From Octopus vulgaris (taxonomy: Eukaryota), in assembly GCA_951406725.2 (NCBI GenBank), contig OX597833.1, positions 65,720,001 to 65,784,000 of the forward strand: a stretch of DNA of 64,000 bases, in the 5' to 3' direction. The translations under genes were made by a program, and so were the position numbers. Shown one piece after another: positions 15,275 to 28,082 of this stretch; the first letter of the stretch is position 1; each line of letters starts with the position of its first letter. The notes under the pieces are model-generated. The model did not search any database and was not told where the DNA came from. It worked only from the letters and a program-made list of their open reading frames with translations.

Positions 15275-15724
15275 CCCCCCTCCCTCCCCCCGTACTCCAC
15301 TGGCACTTATTTTGTCGATACCAAAAGGATGGAAGCTAAATTCGATCTCTGAGGATTTTGAACACAGAATGTGAAAAGGGAGGAAATGCCGCGGACCATT
15401 TTGTTGCGCGTGTTAAACACTCTGCAACCTCACCGCCTATAATATTACGATTACTCTACTACTAATACTACTACTAATACTACTACTACTACCACTACTA
15501 CTACTCTACTACTACTACTACTACTACTACTAATAATAATAATAATAATAATTCTTTCTACTATAGGCACAAGGCTTGAAATTTTGCGGTACTTAATTTA
15601 TCGACCCCGAAAGGAGGAACGGCAAAGTCGACCTCAGCGAAATTTGAACTTAGAACGTAAAGACGGACGGAATACTGCTAAGCATTTCGCCCGGCGTGCT
15701 AACGATTCTGCCAGCTCGCCGCCT
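15275..15724 (-). mobile_element. Two SINE family B copies (old ~15275-15437; younger ~15555-15724) separated by (ACT)n/(AAT)n
   Basis: TCGACCCCGAAAGG...GGCAAAGTCGACCTC...GCATTTCGCCCGGCGTGCTAACGATTCTGCCAGCTCGCCGCC is the reverse complement of the family B consensus. Confidence 0.8.
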
Positions 15725-15755
15725 TAATAATAACAACAATGATAACAACAACAAC

Positions 15756-15827
<72 letters not shown>

Positions 15828-15850
15828 TACAACAATGATGATGATGATGA

Positions 15851-15916
<66 letters not shown>

Positions 15917-15984
15917 CGATGATGATGATGATGATGATAATAATAATAATAATAATAACAACGATGATGATGATGATGATGATG

Positions 15985-16015
<31 letters not shown>

Positions 16016-16151
16016 CGATGATGATGATGATGAGAATAATAATAATAATAATAATAATAACAACAACGATGATGATGATGATGATGATGATGATGATAAT
16101 AATAATAACAACAATGATGATGATGAGGATGATGATAATAATAATAAATAT

Positions 16152-16207
<56 letters not shown>

Positions 16208-16209
16208 CA

Positions 16210-16249
<40 letters not shown>

Positions 16250-16266
16250 CGATGATGATGATGATG
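15725..16266. repeat. Higher-order (AAT)n-AAC-(GAT)n compound array
   Basis: Alternating AAT and GAT blocks with recurring AACAAC junctions. Confidence 0.92.
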
Positions 16267-16759
16267 AACAAAACAGGAAGAAAAACCGAAAGGTGGTCTG
16301 TAATATAAGATAGTTTTAGTCGGTTGCAAGTGTATTTAGGTTTTTGACAGATGAATGCATTAATGTGACGTGACATGTTGATTATTTTTCAAATGTCTTG
16401 TTAATTGACTGTCCATTAACCATATAGATGTAATGGTTTAGATTTGTAAATGGTTAGATTTGCTCTCTGTGTACGTGTATGTGGTTGTGTGTGTGTGTGT
16501 GTGTGGTTGTGCGTGCGTGTGTGATGTGTTTTTGCAAACTTAGAAAAAAAAACGTGACCGAAACTTGTTTGTTAGTGACTAACCTACAGACGGGAACATC
16601 TGACAGTACAACAACGAAGACAAGCGATCGATAGAATGTGTTAAGTTATTTTTTAAAAATATATGTATATATATATGTATGAAGGGGAAAAAACCGAATC
16701 TTAAGTGATAAGAAGGAGAGGGAAAAAAGGCCGATAAGTAGACAGATAGGGAGACGAAG

Positions 16760-16826
<67 letters not shown>

Positions 16827-16916
16827 CAGATACATACATACAGACACACACACAAAGACATATACATTCACACAAACATACTCCGTACTTGTATGAATGA
16901 ATATATGTATATACAT

Positions 16917-16949
<33 letters not shown>

Positions 16950-17022
16950 CAAGTGTGCACCTCAACGTACATGTGTATCGATGCGTATTTGCGTGTATAT
17001 GTATGCGTGTTTCTGTCTGTTC

Positions 17023-17069
<47 letters not shown>

Positions 17070-17108
17070 CATATATATATATATTTATAGCTATATATAT
17101 CCGCATAT

Positions 17109-17149
<41 letters not shown>

Positions 17150-17232
17150 CAAACACATATATCTAAGTGTATATGTAATATTTGTGTGTGCCTGCCTGTC
17201 TGTTCATTATATGTGTGTGTATGTATATATGT

Positions 17233-17316
<84 letters not shown>

Positions 17317-18419
17317 TGTATACCTAGATATACGTATATATACATATACATTTATCCATATATATATACATAAACTCACATATCTACATATATATATATA
17401 TTGTATATATATATAATGTATATATATATAAAGAATGTATATATGTGTATGAAAAAAAAAGAGAGAGAGGGAGAGAGAGAAAGAGAGAGAAAAGGTGAAA
17501 GAAAAACAAACAAACAGGAAAGCCCATACACATAAGATTGGATTTCTACAAAGTTTCTTTGAAAGAAATAAGAGAAAAAAAATTATGCCCGGAGCATAAT
17601 AATCTATAGTTCTCCGTTCACTTGCTGTTTGCAGTTTGAGAATTGATGTTGGCGTTCGTTGTTTTTGTTGTTGTTGTCGCAATGGAGGTGCTGATTGTAG
17701 TGGTTGGCGGTGGAGGCGGCGGCGGTGTTGGTGGTGGTGGTGGTGGTGGTGGTGGTGGTGGTAGCGTTGTTGACAGATCTAGCTTATCTTCTGCTTTGCA
17801 GCTATAAAGAAATTAATCATGTTTAGCAAAAGCGCATTCAGAGTCTTTGGACATATTCCAGGAACTGTCAGTTCCAGTAGAGGAATGGTTATGTCCTTAC
17901 CTTTATTGTTGCAGGTGTTTTCATTCTTTTCTTTCCTCTCTCTCTCTCTCTCTCTCAAAAAAAAAAAAATAAAGAAAATAATAATAATAATAAATATAGC
18001 GAATTAAAAGAGGAAACTATTTGTCGACGTGTTTTACTCAATTTATGCACGGTATTATCTTACTTGACGTAGAGAGCCAAGAAGTCTTGATCAATTTAAT
18101 TATTTGAAATTATTCTCTTAGTGTTGAGAAAAAAAGGAGCCATTGTAGTTTGTTTAAGGATCTTTCTCGGCGTATAACATTGATTCTAAGATGGCGGATA
18201 TTCATTTAATCTCTTTTCTACCAAATACCAGTGGATTCAATCTGTAACAATACAGTTTAAATTCGTTTTAACATTCAATAAATTGCATAGAATTTAAAGA
18301 GGGGATTTTTTGTGCTTTTAGTGGCCTAATGGCTCAAGTGTAAGATCATTGTGTCGATTTCCCAATCGAACAATGCGTTCCGTCCTTCCTCCGGTCCACT
18401 TCGTTGTGAGTTCCGGCGA

Positions 18420-18608
18420 TAGCTGGGAATTTAAACCAACTTCTGCTGACTCTTTCGCAACAACTTTCTCTCACTATTTCCCCCTGCATCTTGCAGCTCA
18501 CCTGCGACGGACCGGCGTCCCGTCCAGGTGGGGAACCTATACGCCAAGGAAACCGGGAAACCGACCTTTATGAGCCAGGCGTGGCTCGATAAGGAACAAA
18601 CAACAACA
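18420..18608 (+). mobile_element. SINE family E, 3' part
   Basis: Reverse complement of ~5325-5485 (AACTTCTGCTGACTCTTTCGC...GGAAACCGGGAAACCG). Confidence 0.85.
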
Positions 18609-19075
18609 AGTGTATTAAGTGATTTTGAAGAAACCATTCTGAGGACAGCATTTGAACCTGGGTCCAAGTGCAAAGTTACCTACCATCTGGCCTTTCTTTA
18701 GTCTTGGAGACCCTATAACGGGTCACGGACAATGCCCTACATTGTGACTAAAAGATCACGAATGGATAAGCAGTATGAAATCCATCATGGTTAATGCTAA
18801 TCCTGGCTTAAGTCGGTAATCTTTTCCCAATAATGACGAAACTAGAACACACAGAAAGCAGCGCACGTCACATCTTAAACCGCTGCAAGTGGACCAAAGC
18901 CACAGATCGGGGACACTGAAAAGAAATTACTGCACGAGAGACTGTCAACCTCAACAAGCTTCAAACAAAGACTTTCAGACATAACATACTTAGTCGACTT
19001 CGGCTTGCGGCTACATCAAACAGATCTTTCACATAACAGTATACATATTTATATGTATATTATATATATGTATGC

Positions 19076-19154
<79 letters not shown>

Positions 19155-19213
19155 ATATATATATATATATGTATGTATGTATTTATGTATATGTATATAT
19201 ATATATATGTATG

Positions 19214-19263
<50 letters not shown>

Positions 19264-19654
19264 TGTATGCATATACATATATTATGTATATATTATATAC
19301 CTATATGTTTGCACATACATTCACGCACAAATATAAATACTTGTGTGTGTGTTGTGTGTGTGTGTGTGTGTGCGTGTATGTGTGTGTGTGTGTGTGTGTG
19401 TTGTATGTGTATGTGTTCGTTTCAACATTGCAGCTGCAGTTATACTGGGGTGTCAATATATAAATCCACATATATATATATATATTTACATACATACACA
19501 TATACATACATGCCTACAGGTAGATAGATAGATACGTACATACTTACATGCACACACACATATATACATACATACATATAGATACACATATACATACATA
19601 CATAAATACATACATACATACATACATACATACATACATACATACATACATACA

Positions 19655-19687
<33 letters not shown>

Positions 19688-19800
19688 TATACAAGTAACA
19701 AATATATACAGCTGCGACAAATGGAAAATTCTAGACTACAGTATGTCACAAAGTCGTCCCTGTCGCTTCATTTGTATTTAGGGGCCTAAGCAGACGTTTG

Positions 19801-19883
<83 letters not shown>

Positions 19884-19965
19884 CTCTCTCGCTCGTTCTT
19901 TCTCCATTTCCCTCTCACTGTGCCTTTCACTCCATCTCTCACAAACACACACATATATGTTCATA

Positions 19966-20658
19966 TGTGTGTGTGTGCTTCTGTGTGTGTGTGCTTCTCT
20001 GTGTGTGTGCTTCTCTGTGTGTGTGCTTCTGTGTGTGTGTGCTTCTGTGTGTGTGTGTGCTTCTCTGTGTGTGTGCTTCTGTGTGTGTGTGTGTGCTTCT
20101 GTGTGTGTGTGTGCTTCTGTGTGTGTGTGTGCTTCTGTGTGTGTGTGTGCTTCTGTGTATGTGTGCTTCTGTGTGTGTGTGTGTGCTTCTGTGTATGTGT
20201 GTGCTTCTGTGTGTGTGTGTGCTTCTGTGTGTGTGTGTGCTTCTGTGTGTGTGTGCTTCTGTGTGTGTGCTTCTCTGTGTGTGTGTGCTTCTCTGTGTGT
20301 GTGCTTCTGTGTGTGTGTGTGTGTGCTTCTGTGTGTGTGTGTTTCTGTGTGTGTGTGCTTCTGTGTGTGTGTGTGCTTCTGTGTGTGTGTGTGCTTCTGT
20401 GTGTGTGTGTGTGTGTGTGTGCTTGTGTGTGTGTGTGTGTGCTTCTGTGTGTGTGTGCTTCTGTGTGTGTGTGTGCTTCTGTGTGTGTGTGTGCTTCTGT
20501 GTGTGTGTGTGCTTCTGTGTGTGTGTGCTTCTGTGTGTGTGTGTGCTTCTGTGTGTGTGTGTGTGCTTCTGTGTGTGTGTGTGCTTCTGTGTGTGTGTGT
20601 GTGCTTCTGTGTGTGTGTGTGTGCTCTCTGTGTGTGTGTGTGCTTCTGTGTGTGTGTG
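19966..20658. repeat. Minisatellite of GCTTCT(GT)n units following a (CT)n tract at ~19805-19880
   Basis: Dozens of units with a constant GCTTCT spacer and variable GT number. Confidence 0.95.
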
Positions 20659-21290
20659 CCTACAAGCATATATAAGTGTACCTAAACCCAACAATACATT
20701 AATATCCAAAGCCGAAAAGAAAGGGAGAAACAAAAATGTCATTTTTTTTTTTTTTTTTTGAAAATTACAGAATAAGACGAACCGCCATCTTAAAAACCAA
20801 AACAAACGACAACAAAAAAAAAAATTAAACGCTGAACAGATGGAGATGAGATATGGCGAATGTCGACCACACACGATAGAGTTTTGCATTATTTATTCAG
20901 AATGTTACAAACGTAGAGCTTTCTTTCTTTCTAGTTACTATCAATATATGACAACTGTTTCGCCAGACGTACACATTTTATCTCCGATCGATATCACTAT
21001 CTCCTCGGCATCTTCTATTCATACGCTCTTAGCTGTGACTATTTAGTGGCGTACAGCTAGGTAAGGGTACACGTGTTTAGAAGCTTTTCCAGACTGCACC
21101 GACATTCGGTTTACTGTTCTTGTTTTTTTTCTGCATGTACTTATTGTACGTACGTGTTATGTGAGGGTGTATGTAAGGATATATATATATATCTATACAT
21201 ATATATACATATATATATAAAAACTTGGCATACGTTTGTAAATATACAAACACACGCATGCATATATATATATAGGTACTTGTGATATGA

Positions 21291-21357
<67 letters not shown>

Positions 21358-21411
21358 TATAAATATAGATATAGATATATATAGATATATAAATATATAT
21401 ATATATATATA

Positions 21412-21497
21412 TTCTTTACTCTTTTACTTGTTTCAGTCATTTGACTGTGGCCATGCTGGAGCACCGCCTTTAGTCAAGCAGATCGACCCCAGGACTT

Positions 21498-21542
<45 letters not shown>

Positions 21543-21941
21543 CTCTTTACTCTTTTACTTGTTTCAGTCATTTGACTGTGGTCATGCTGGAGCACCGCCT
21601 TTAGTCGAGCAGATCGACCCCAGGACTTATTCTTTGTAAGCCTAGTACTTGTTTTATCGGTCTTCTTTGCCGAACTGCTAAGTTACAGGGACGTAAACAC
21701 ACTACCATCGGTTGTCAAGCGATGTTGGGGCGGGGGACAAACACAGACACACAAACATATACACACACACATACATATACATATATATATATACGACGTG
21801 CTTCTTTCAGTTTCCACTCACAAGGCTTTGGTCGACCCGATGCTATAGTAGAAGACACTTGCCCAAGGTGCCACGCAGTGGGACTGAATCCGGAACCATG
21901 TGGTTGGTAAACAAGCTACTTACCACACAACCACTCCTACG
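21412..21941 (-). mobile_element. SINE family A, full copy (21541-21941) with a duplicated 3' tail (21412-21500)
   Basis: Reverse complement of 2465-2880; the tail segment occurs twice, separated by (TA)n. Confidence 0.9.
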
Positions 21942-22023
<82 letters not shown>

Positions 22024-22067
22024 TATATATATATGTATATTTATTTATATATATATATATATTTGTG

Positions 22068-22110
<43 letters not shown>

Positions 22111-22133
22111 ATGTGTGTGTGTGTATGTATATT

Positions 22134-22175
<42 letters not shown>

Positions 22176-22420
22176 CAAACACACCCGCGCACGTACACAC
22201 TCACACACACATATACGCACATATGTAGCTTTCTTTTATCTTCTTTTACTTGTTTCTGTCTTTATGGCTGTGGCCATGCTAGGGCATCGCCTTGAAAATT
22301 CTTTACTCGAATGAATCGAACCCAGGCTTTAATTTTTGTTAAGCCTACTCATTATATCATGTGTATATCATTATACACACACACATACCCATAGATATAT
22401 GTACACACGACGGGCTTCTC

Positions 22421-22503
22421 GGCGGAATTTGAACTCAGAACGTAGCGGCAGGCGAAATACCGCTAAGCATTTCACCCGGCGTGCTAGCGATTCTTCCAGC
22501 TCG
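22421..22503 (-). mobile_element. SINE family B, head fragment
   Basis: GGCGGAATTTGAACTCAGAACGTAGCGGCAG...CCAGCTCGC. Confidence 0.8.
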
Positions 22504-23861
22504 CTGCGTTTAGACCTACGAATAACAATGGCTAAGATCTAGTTTCACACTGCTATAAACGCTGGAACTGCCGAATCAGGGACTCAATACCGGACACAGT
22601 TAAAGCGTACACCCAGGAGACCAATGATACCGCAATAAGGCCGGAATTGTTTGGAGTTGTGTGTATTTATATATTGATGGATGTTGTATTTATTATTATG
22701 AAATATTTATGTCGAGCTGAATTTTTTAACGATTTCTATCTTAAATATGATAAGACCGATTAAACCTAACGTTCTTTTTGTAGATTTCTAGGTTTGTCTC
22801 ACTATAAAATTGATCCTTCTTTTAAATATATAAAACAGCTTTACAATCATTATTCTTTGGATATCAAACAGAGATAACTATCTTATCTTTTGCAATATTT
22901 AGAAATTTCTCAACATGGCTGCCTTCATAATAACGAATGGTATTTTGCCAACCAATGGAGAAATGCAACATTTCATACGTTCCTGTTGGCTATTTTTTTT
23001 GTTTTTTTTTTGTTTTGCATTTGCTTTTCTGCAATAAGCATTTTACATTTGTAAGAATATCTTATTTGAAATTTTTTTTTATAAAAATGTCTTCAGTGTA
23101 GAAATAACAAAAAATAGCAACTGTAAAAATGGCGGCAACAGAAAAGAAAATATAATTTAAATAACAATAGCAAACGAAACAAACAGGAATAGCAACAGTA
23201 AGCAGTACAAAAATAGCAACAACAACAACAAAGAAAGCCTCACATAAACCGTAATTAATAAAAAATAAATAAATAGAAACGGAAAAACTCGCAAACAAGC
23301 CACAGGAACAATAAACTAACAAGGCAAACAATAAAATACCAACTATATATAACTCCAGCAGAATAAATAGCCATAATAAATAACACAAGAAAACAAAACA
23401 CTCGCATAACTAGCAATAGTAAACAAACAAACAAACGTAGCACCAATAAAAAAAATATCAACAACAACGAATAACAACAAACACGACAACGAATGCAATA
23501 ACGATTTTATCGACGCCATTTTCTTTCTTCCTTTTCTTGACAGGGGAGTAAAAAAATAGCTGGAAACGATCGCTTCTCTCAAACATAGTATTTTATAAAA
23601 TTAAGTCACGTTTGCTGCACGAATTTTCAAGAGATTTACTTTCAGGATTTTATAGAAGGGAAAACAAAAAAAAAAAACAAGTTCCTGTAGCTGACATGGC
23701 CGTATGGTTAAGTCGTTCGTTTTGCAAACATAAACACAGGGCTCTGGGTTCACACCCTCAGCACGTCTCCTTGAACAGGTGATTTATACCACAATATCAG
23801 CTGAGACCTTATTTACATTATTTACATTTGACGGATATTTGTCCTCATCTTGTTTGTTGTT

Positions 23862-23907
23862 AACACAACGTTTCGGCTGATATACCCTCCAGCCTTCTTC
23901 AGGTGTC
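23862..23907 (-). ncRNA. Minimal type I hammerhead ribozyme motif within a Penelope-type terminal repeat (~23808-23950)
   Basis: Minus strand: GACAC-CUGAAGA-A-GGCUG-gaggguauau-CAGCC-GAAAC-GUU-GUGUU. It has the canonical core, 5-bp stem II, stem I GACAC/GUGUU, and a palindromic ACGU in place of stem III. Confidence 0.75.
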
Positions 23908-23977
23908 TCGGGGGAATTTCGATTCTAGGTTCTCATTTCTAATATATTTTTCTGTTGTTGTTGTTATTATTATTATT

Positions 23978-24529
23978 GAGTGAGAGAGCAGTGCATGTCA
24001 TCAAAGTGACACTGGGGTAAAATATACGAAGCCCAATATACCCATCATGATTACCCGTCTGATAAAGGTACACCAGGCACATGCATCACAACCATATGTG
24101 CGCGACATGGTGATCTCATATCAAGATAAACAGCACATGACCTTGCAGGTGGGGCCCAGTTAGAATTTTCTTCAGGTTGAGTAGCCCATCCCGCTCAAAG
24201 GTCCCTGAATAAGGGTTGTTTAAGGATGTTGAAAGAACCACCCATGTTTCCAGAGGTGAATTATTCAAACCCCAAAGAATCCCTCTCAACACATGGCTAT
24301 GATGCTCCCCCACTACTTCTGCTCATGATCAGAGATGCACATAGCGTCAGCCACTAAGGGACATGATCAACTGATTAAGGTCAAACAACTGACAAGCAAA
24401 TCTGTGGTATTGAGCAGAATATTTGCTGTAGCCCATCTTTATACCAAGACAAAACAATGTACATGATAACACTTCCAATCAGTTAAGATCAGAAGCTATG
24501 AGAGCCACTGCCTGGTACTGCATCAGGGC

Positions 24530-24531
<2 letters not shown>
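23978..24531 (-). mobile_element. ~550 bp non-coding interspersed element inserted in (TAA)n
   Basis: Complex, higher-GC block sharply bounded by (TTA)n on both sides; no long ORF; recalled as a common octopus repeat. Strand inferred. Confidence 0.55.
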
Positions 24532-24566
<35 letters not shown>

Positions 24567-24591
24567 GTTATTGTTGTTGTTATTATTATTA

Positions 24592-24650
<59 letters not shown>

Positions 24651-24678
24651 GTTGTTGTTGTTGTTGTTATTATTATTA

Positions 24679-24747
<69 letters not shown>

Positions 24748-24750
<3 letters not shown>

Positions 24751-24857
24751 GTTTGACTTTTGCTGTACACCTGTACAAGTTGGCTCCAAGTCTCACCCAG
24801 AGACCTCAAGAGACAACAAGTTGGAAGTTCATGCTGGTGTTATGCCAGGGGTGCCAT
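24748..24857 (-). mobile_element. Probable 3' end of a (TAA)n-tailed non-LTR element
   Basis: Minus strand ends GAGGTCTCTGGGTGAGACTTGG...AAAAGTCAAACAT followed directly by (AAT)n. Confidence 0.45.
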
Positions 24858-24932
24858 ATATACATATATACATACATACATACATACATACATACATACA
24901 TACATACATACATACATACATACATACATACA

Positions 24933-25176
24933 TTATGGCTTCCCCCTCGTTATCGAGTATGGCCATTGCACGAAGCTTAACTGTTACTGGTGCTGTGATC
25001 GAATGTGACTTTTTAGCCCGGCTAAAGATCTACAATGTCTTGTACAGAATTGGCAACTAAAACCTTTACCGGTAATAGCCGGCTGTAGTTGTAACTGGGT
25101 TTCATGTACCTTTGCATGTCGTTTAAGTCCTCCTGCCGAATTACACTCTCTTCCACATGCCCGACAGATATGATTA
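24933..25176 (-). mobile_element. RTE-like LINE 3' fragment with two C2H2 zinc fingers
   Basis: HICRACGRECNSAGGLKRHAKVH and FSCQFCTRHCRSLAGLKSHIRSQH, stop at 24984, short 3' UTR; longer copy at 41157-41593. Confidence 0.75.
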
Positions 25177-25606
25177 TCTACATACATACATACATACATA
25201 CATACATACATACATACATACATACATACATACATACATACATAGAATGTGAGTGCATGCATAAGGGTGCGATGAAGCTAAAAGCAGAACACCGTTTCTG
25301 TCTGTTACTTTAATTAAGGCCGAAATGGGGCGTCTCCTAAAGATTTCTGGAGTAACGATACTCGACATGGTATGTAGTTCTGAGTTCTGAAATTCTCGCC
25401 AGGAAAGAATCAAAAGACGGATCCTTCAAGACGAGCGAAATGGTAGCGAGCATTGGGTAGACCCACCATGATCTGATTGCGTAATATACAAAGTTTCAAC
25501 GAATCACGCCTGTAATTCTGTCCAGAAAGTCTAATGATGGTTGCTTTTCCTTGGACCCTATAGAGGATTCTACCCCCCACAAATCTCCTTGGAATATTCA
25601 GCGGAG

Positions 25607-25742
25607 ATGGGTGGATGGATGAATGGATGGATGGATGGATGGATGGATGAATGGATGGATGGATGGATGGATGGATGGATGAATGGATGGATGGAGAATG
25701 GAAGGATGCATGGATGGATGGATGGATGGACGGACGGATGGC
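25607..25742. repeat. (GGAT)n microsatellite
   Basis: Directly visible. Confidence 0.9.
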
Positions 25743-26511
25743 ATTATTTAAGATTAATTGGCAATATTCAAATCTATAACCAAGCCAGAAAAATGAGTGA
25801 ATTCATGAACACCGCCACTACGCACCGCTTTAAAGATAAGAGTACGTATAAAATATAGAATAAAATTTACGTGCGGGCGTTTATTTAATACATAACTGTC
25901 TCGCTTTGAAATGGAAACGAAATTATTAAACCATCCGTTTTGGAGCAGGCTAGTCTCAATACTTATTAACACCTCATCAGAAATCAATTACCCACTGAGA
26001 GAATATTAATTGATAGAGACACTCATAGATATATAGATATGCATATATTTGTCGGACTTCCAGACAGTATAACTTAGTCTATTTAATTTATATAACAGCA
26101 TCTGCTGGAAATGAGAAGTTATTATTAATGTATATCAATATATATAATTAAATAACTATTGATACGATTAGTAGAAAGCGCTAGACAATAGTTTCTTGTT
26201 TACCTTACGTTTCAGTTTAGAGAAGCGTACTAAATGTATCTAAGAAATATTTATTTATATATTCTACGAACTTTCAGAACGGGAGGGGGGATAGGAGAAT
26301 GTGATGGTTACCTAGACGACATTTCTTCTCTAGACATTTATAGTATTGCTCTCAACTGTGGTAAGAGTAGCTTAAAAATTGCTTAAAAATTGAAGACACA
26401 AGACGAAGCAATCCAAGGCTGTTTTATGAAGATTACTTCCAGGCAACAGATTATCAGCTAGGGAAAGATTGAAACGGTACGACTCTACTCTCAACCAAAA
26501 AGGTATGTTAA

Positions 26512-26920
26512 GGCGGCGAGCTAGCAGAAGCGTTAGTACGCCGAGCAAAATGCTTAGCGGTATTTCGTCTGCCGTTACTTTCAAATTCCGTCGAGGTCGA
26601 CTTTGCCTTCCATCCTTTCGGGGTCGATAAATTAAGTACCAGTTACGCACTGAGGTAGATATAATCGACTTAATCCGTTTGTCTGTCCTTGTTTGTCCTC
26701 TCTGTGTTTATCCCCTTGTGAGTAGTAAAAAATAGGTATTTCGTCTGTCTTTGCGTTCTGAGTTCAAATTCCGCCGAGGTCGACTTTGCCTTTCATCCTT
26801 TTGGGGGTCGATTAAATAAGTACCAGTTACGTACTGGTGTCGGTGTAATCGACTTAATCCGTTTGTCTGTCCTTGTTTGTCCCCTCTGTGTTTAGCCCCT
26901 TGTAGGCAATAAAGAAATAA
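26512..26920 (+). mobile_element. tRNA-derived SINE family B with a tandem second body unit
   Basis: Head GGCGGCGAGCTAGCAGAAGCGTTAG; body GTCGACTTTGCCTTTCATCC...GGGGTCGA...AAGTACCAG repeated twice, unit 2 from ~26735. Confidence 0.9.
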
Positions 26921-27057
26921 AAAGGTTATGTTATAGAATATGCCTCAATGACCCTAGAAGGACTTGCAACAAGTATGGTATCAAAGCATATACAAATATA
27001 TTTCCCAGAACACGGCACTACTACATAGTGCCAAATATTCCAGCTTCGTGGTCAAGA

Positions 27058-27362
27058 CATAGGACGAGACACCACAATTGTTGAGGGTTCAAAGGCCCAT
27101 AGCTTTTCAATATCCTACCAAAATATTCGAGACCTACGTAGTGTGAATGTAAATGCCTTCAAAACGCAACCGAACGTTCTACTGCCTGGAATTCCTAATG
27201 AGCCGACTTCTCGATAAGAATCGCAGCTGAGGGTTGTGCGTTCGATACCACACGTTCACCAAATGTCACCTATAAAAGAAATATCATTAAAGTGAAGCAT
27301 TACGAGTGGCCGTGCCCTAGTATGGCCACAGATGACCAGATGTAAAATAACAAATGATAAAA
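27058..27362 (+). mobile_element. Degraded CR1/L2-group LINE 3' end, relative of 2030-2367
   Basis: Collinear with the first copy: AGGACGAGACAC...TTCAATATCCT...GAGACCT...CACCAAATG...GTGCCCTAGTATGGCCACAG. Confidence 0.7.
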
Positions 27363-27454
27363 CTACATGTAGTGTGTTCTTAAATTTTAAGAACGCACTA
27401 CAATCTCTTTATCTCCCACCGTTATTTTTTTCCCCGTTTATGGATATGTACATA

Positions 27455-28040
27455 CGTGGCTAGGAGTTAGAGATATTCAGATCACGATCTTAAGGTTTTG
27501 AGTTTCAATTCCCAGCAGCGCGTTGTGTCCTGGGGCAAAACGCTTTATTTTACGTTCCTCCGTTTCACTCATCTCGCAAAAATAATTTGTACCTGTAATA
27601 CAAAAGGGCCAGCCTTGTCACGCTGAATCTCCCTCAAAACTACATTAAAGGAGCTCAAAATCTCTCGTGGAAGAGCCATCCAACCAAAATGCAAATATAT
27701 GGGAAACTACCACATGTGTCATCTCTTGTGAAAGGTAGGAGAGTCCAGTTTGCTGGACTTTGTTGTAGAGCTGAAAACGAGGTAATTTCTACTCTTCTCC
27801 TCTGGAGGCCATCTACTCGCAATACCAGAGGGCGCACACTCTCCTACCCTGATGTAATCTCCAGGGATACAGGCATCCAGCAACAGGACCTCCATAATGC
27901 TATGATGGACAGTGAAGTCTGGCGTAACATAGTAAATTCCATTGTCTCGACCACGGTCGAACAATGAAGATCATGATGACATTAAGCTGTTTATTTGATC
28001 GGATCACCTGGAAGCTTCGTGGTCGTAACCGACGGACTAC
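27455..28040 (+). mobile_element. SINE family C, interrupted by an RTE insertion
   Basis: 27455-27648 matches 63228-63435; homology resumes at ~27986 (GCTGTT...TCGTAACCGACGGA). Confidence 0.8.
27649..27978 (+). mobile_element. 5'-truncated RTE-clade LINE with ACATTAA target-site duplication
   Basis: ORF RRVQFAGLCCRAENEVISTLLLWRPSTRNTRGRTLSYPDVISRDTG...AMMDSEVWR fits the RTE C-terminal pattern; TGA-repeat tail; ACATTAA at 27642-27648 and 27979-27985. Confidence 0.85.
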
Positions 28041-28082
28041 CTGTACTTATATCCAAACGGCGGTGCCATCAAAGAGAAATTA

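Noticed and set aside
19966-20658. Repeat-spacer pattern suggestive of CRISPR
   Set aside because: The constant part is only 6 bp, spacers are pure GT, the context is eukaryotic and no cas genes are present.
19746-20889. Long Cys/Val- or His/Thr-rich ORFs resembling metal-binding proteins
   Set aside because: Open in several frames on both strands because of the GCTTCT(GT)n minisatellite.
26940-27045. QNTALLHSAK peptide reminiscent of an R4/Dong C-terminus
   Set aside because: Too short and degenerate to call.
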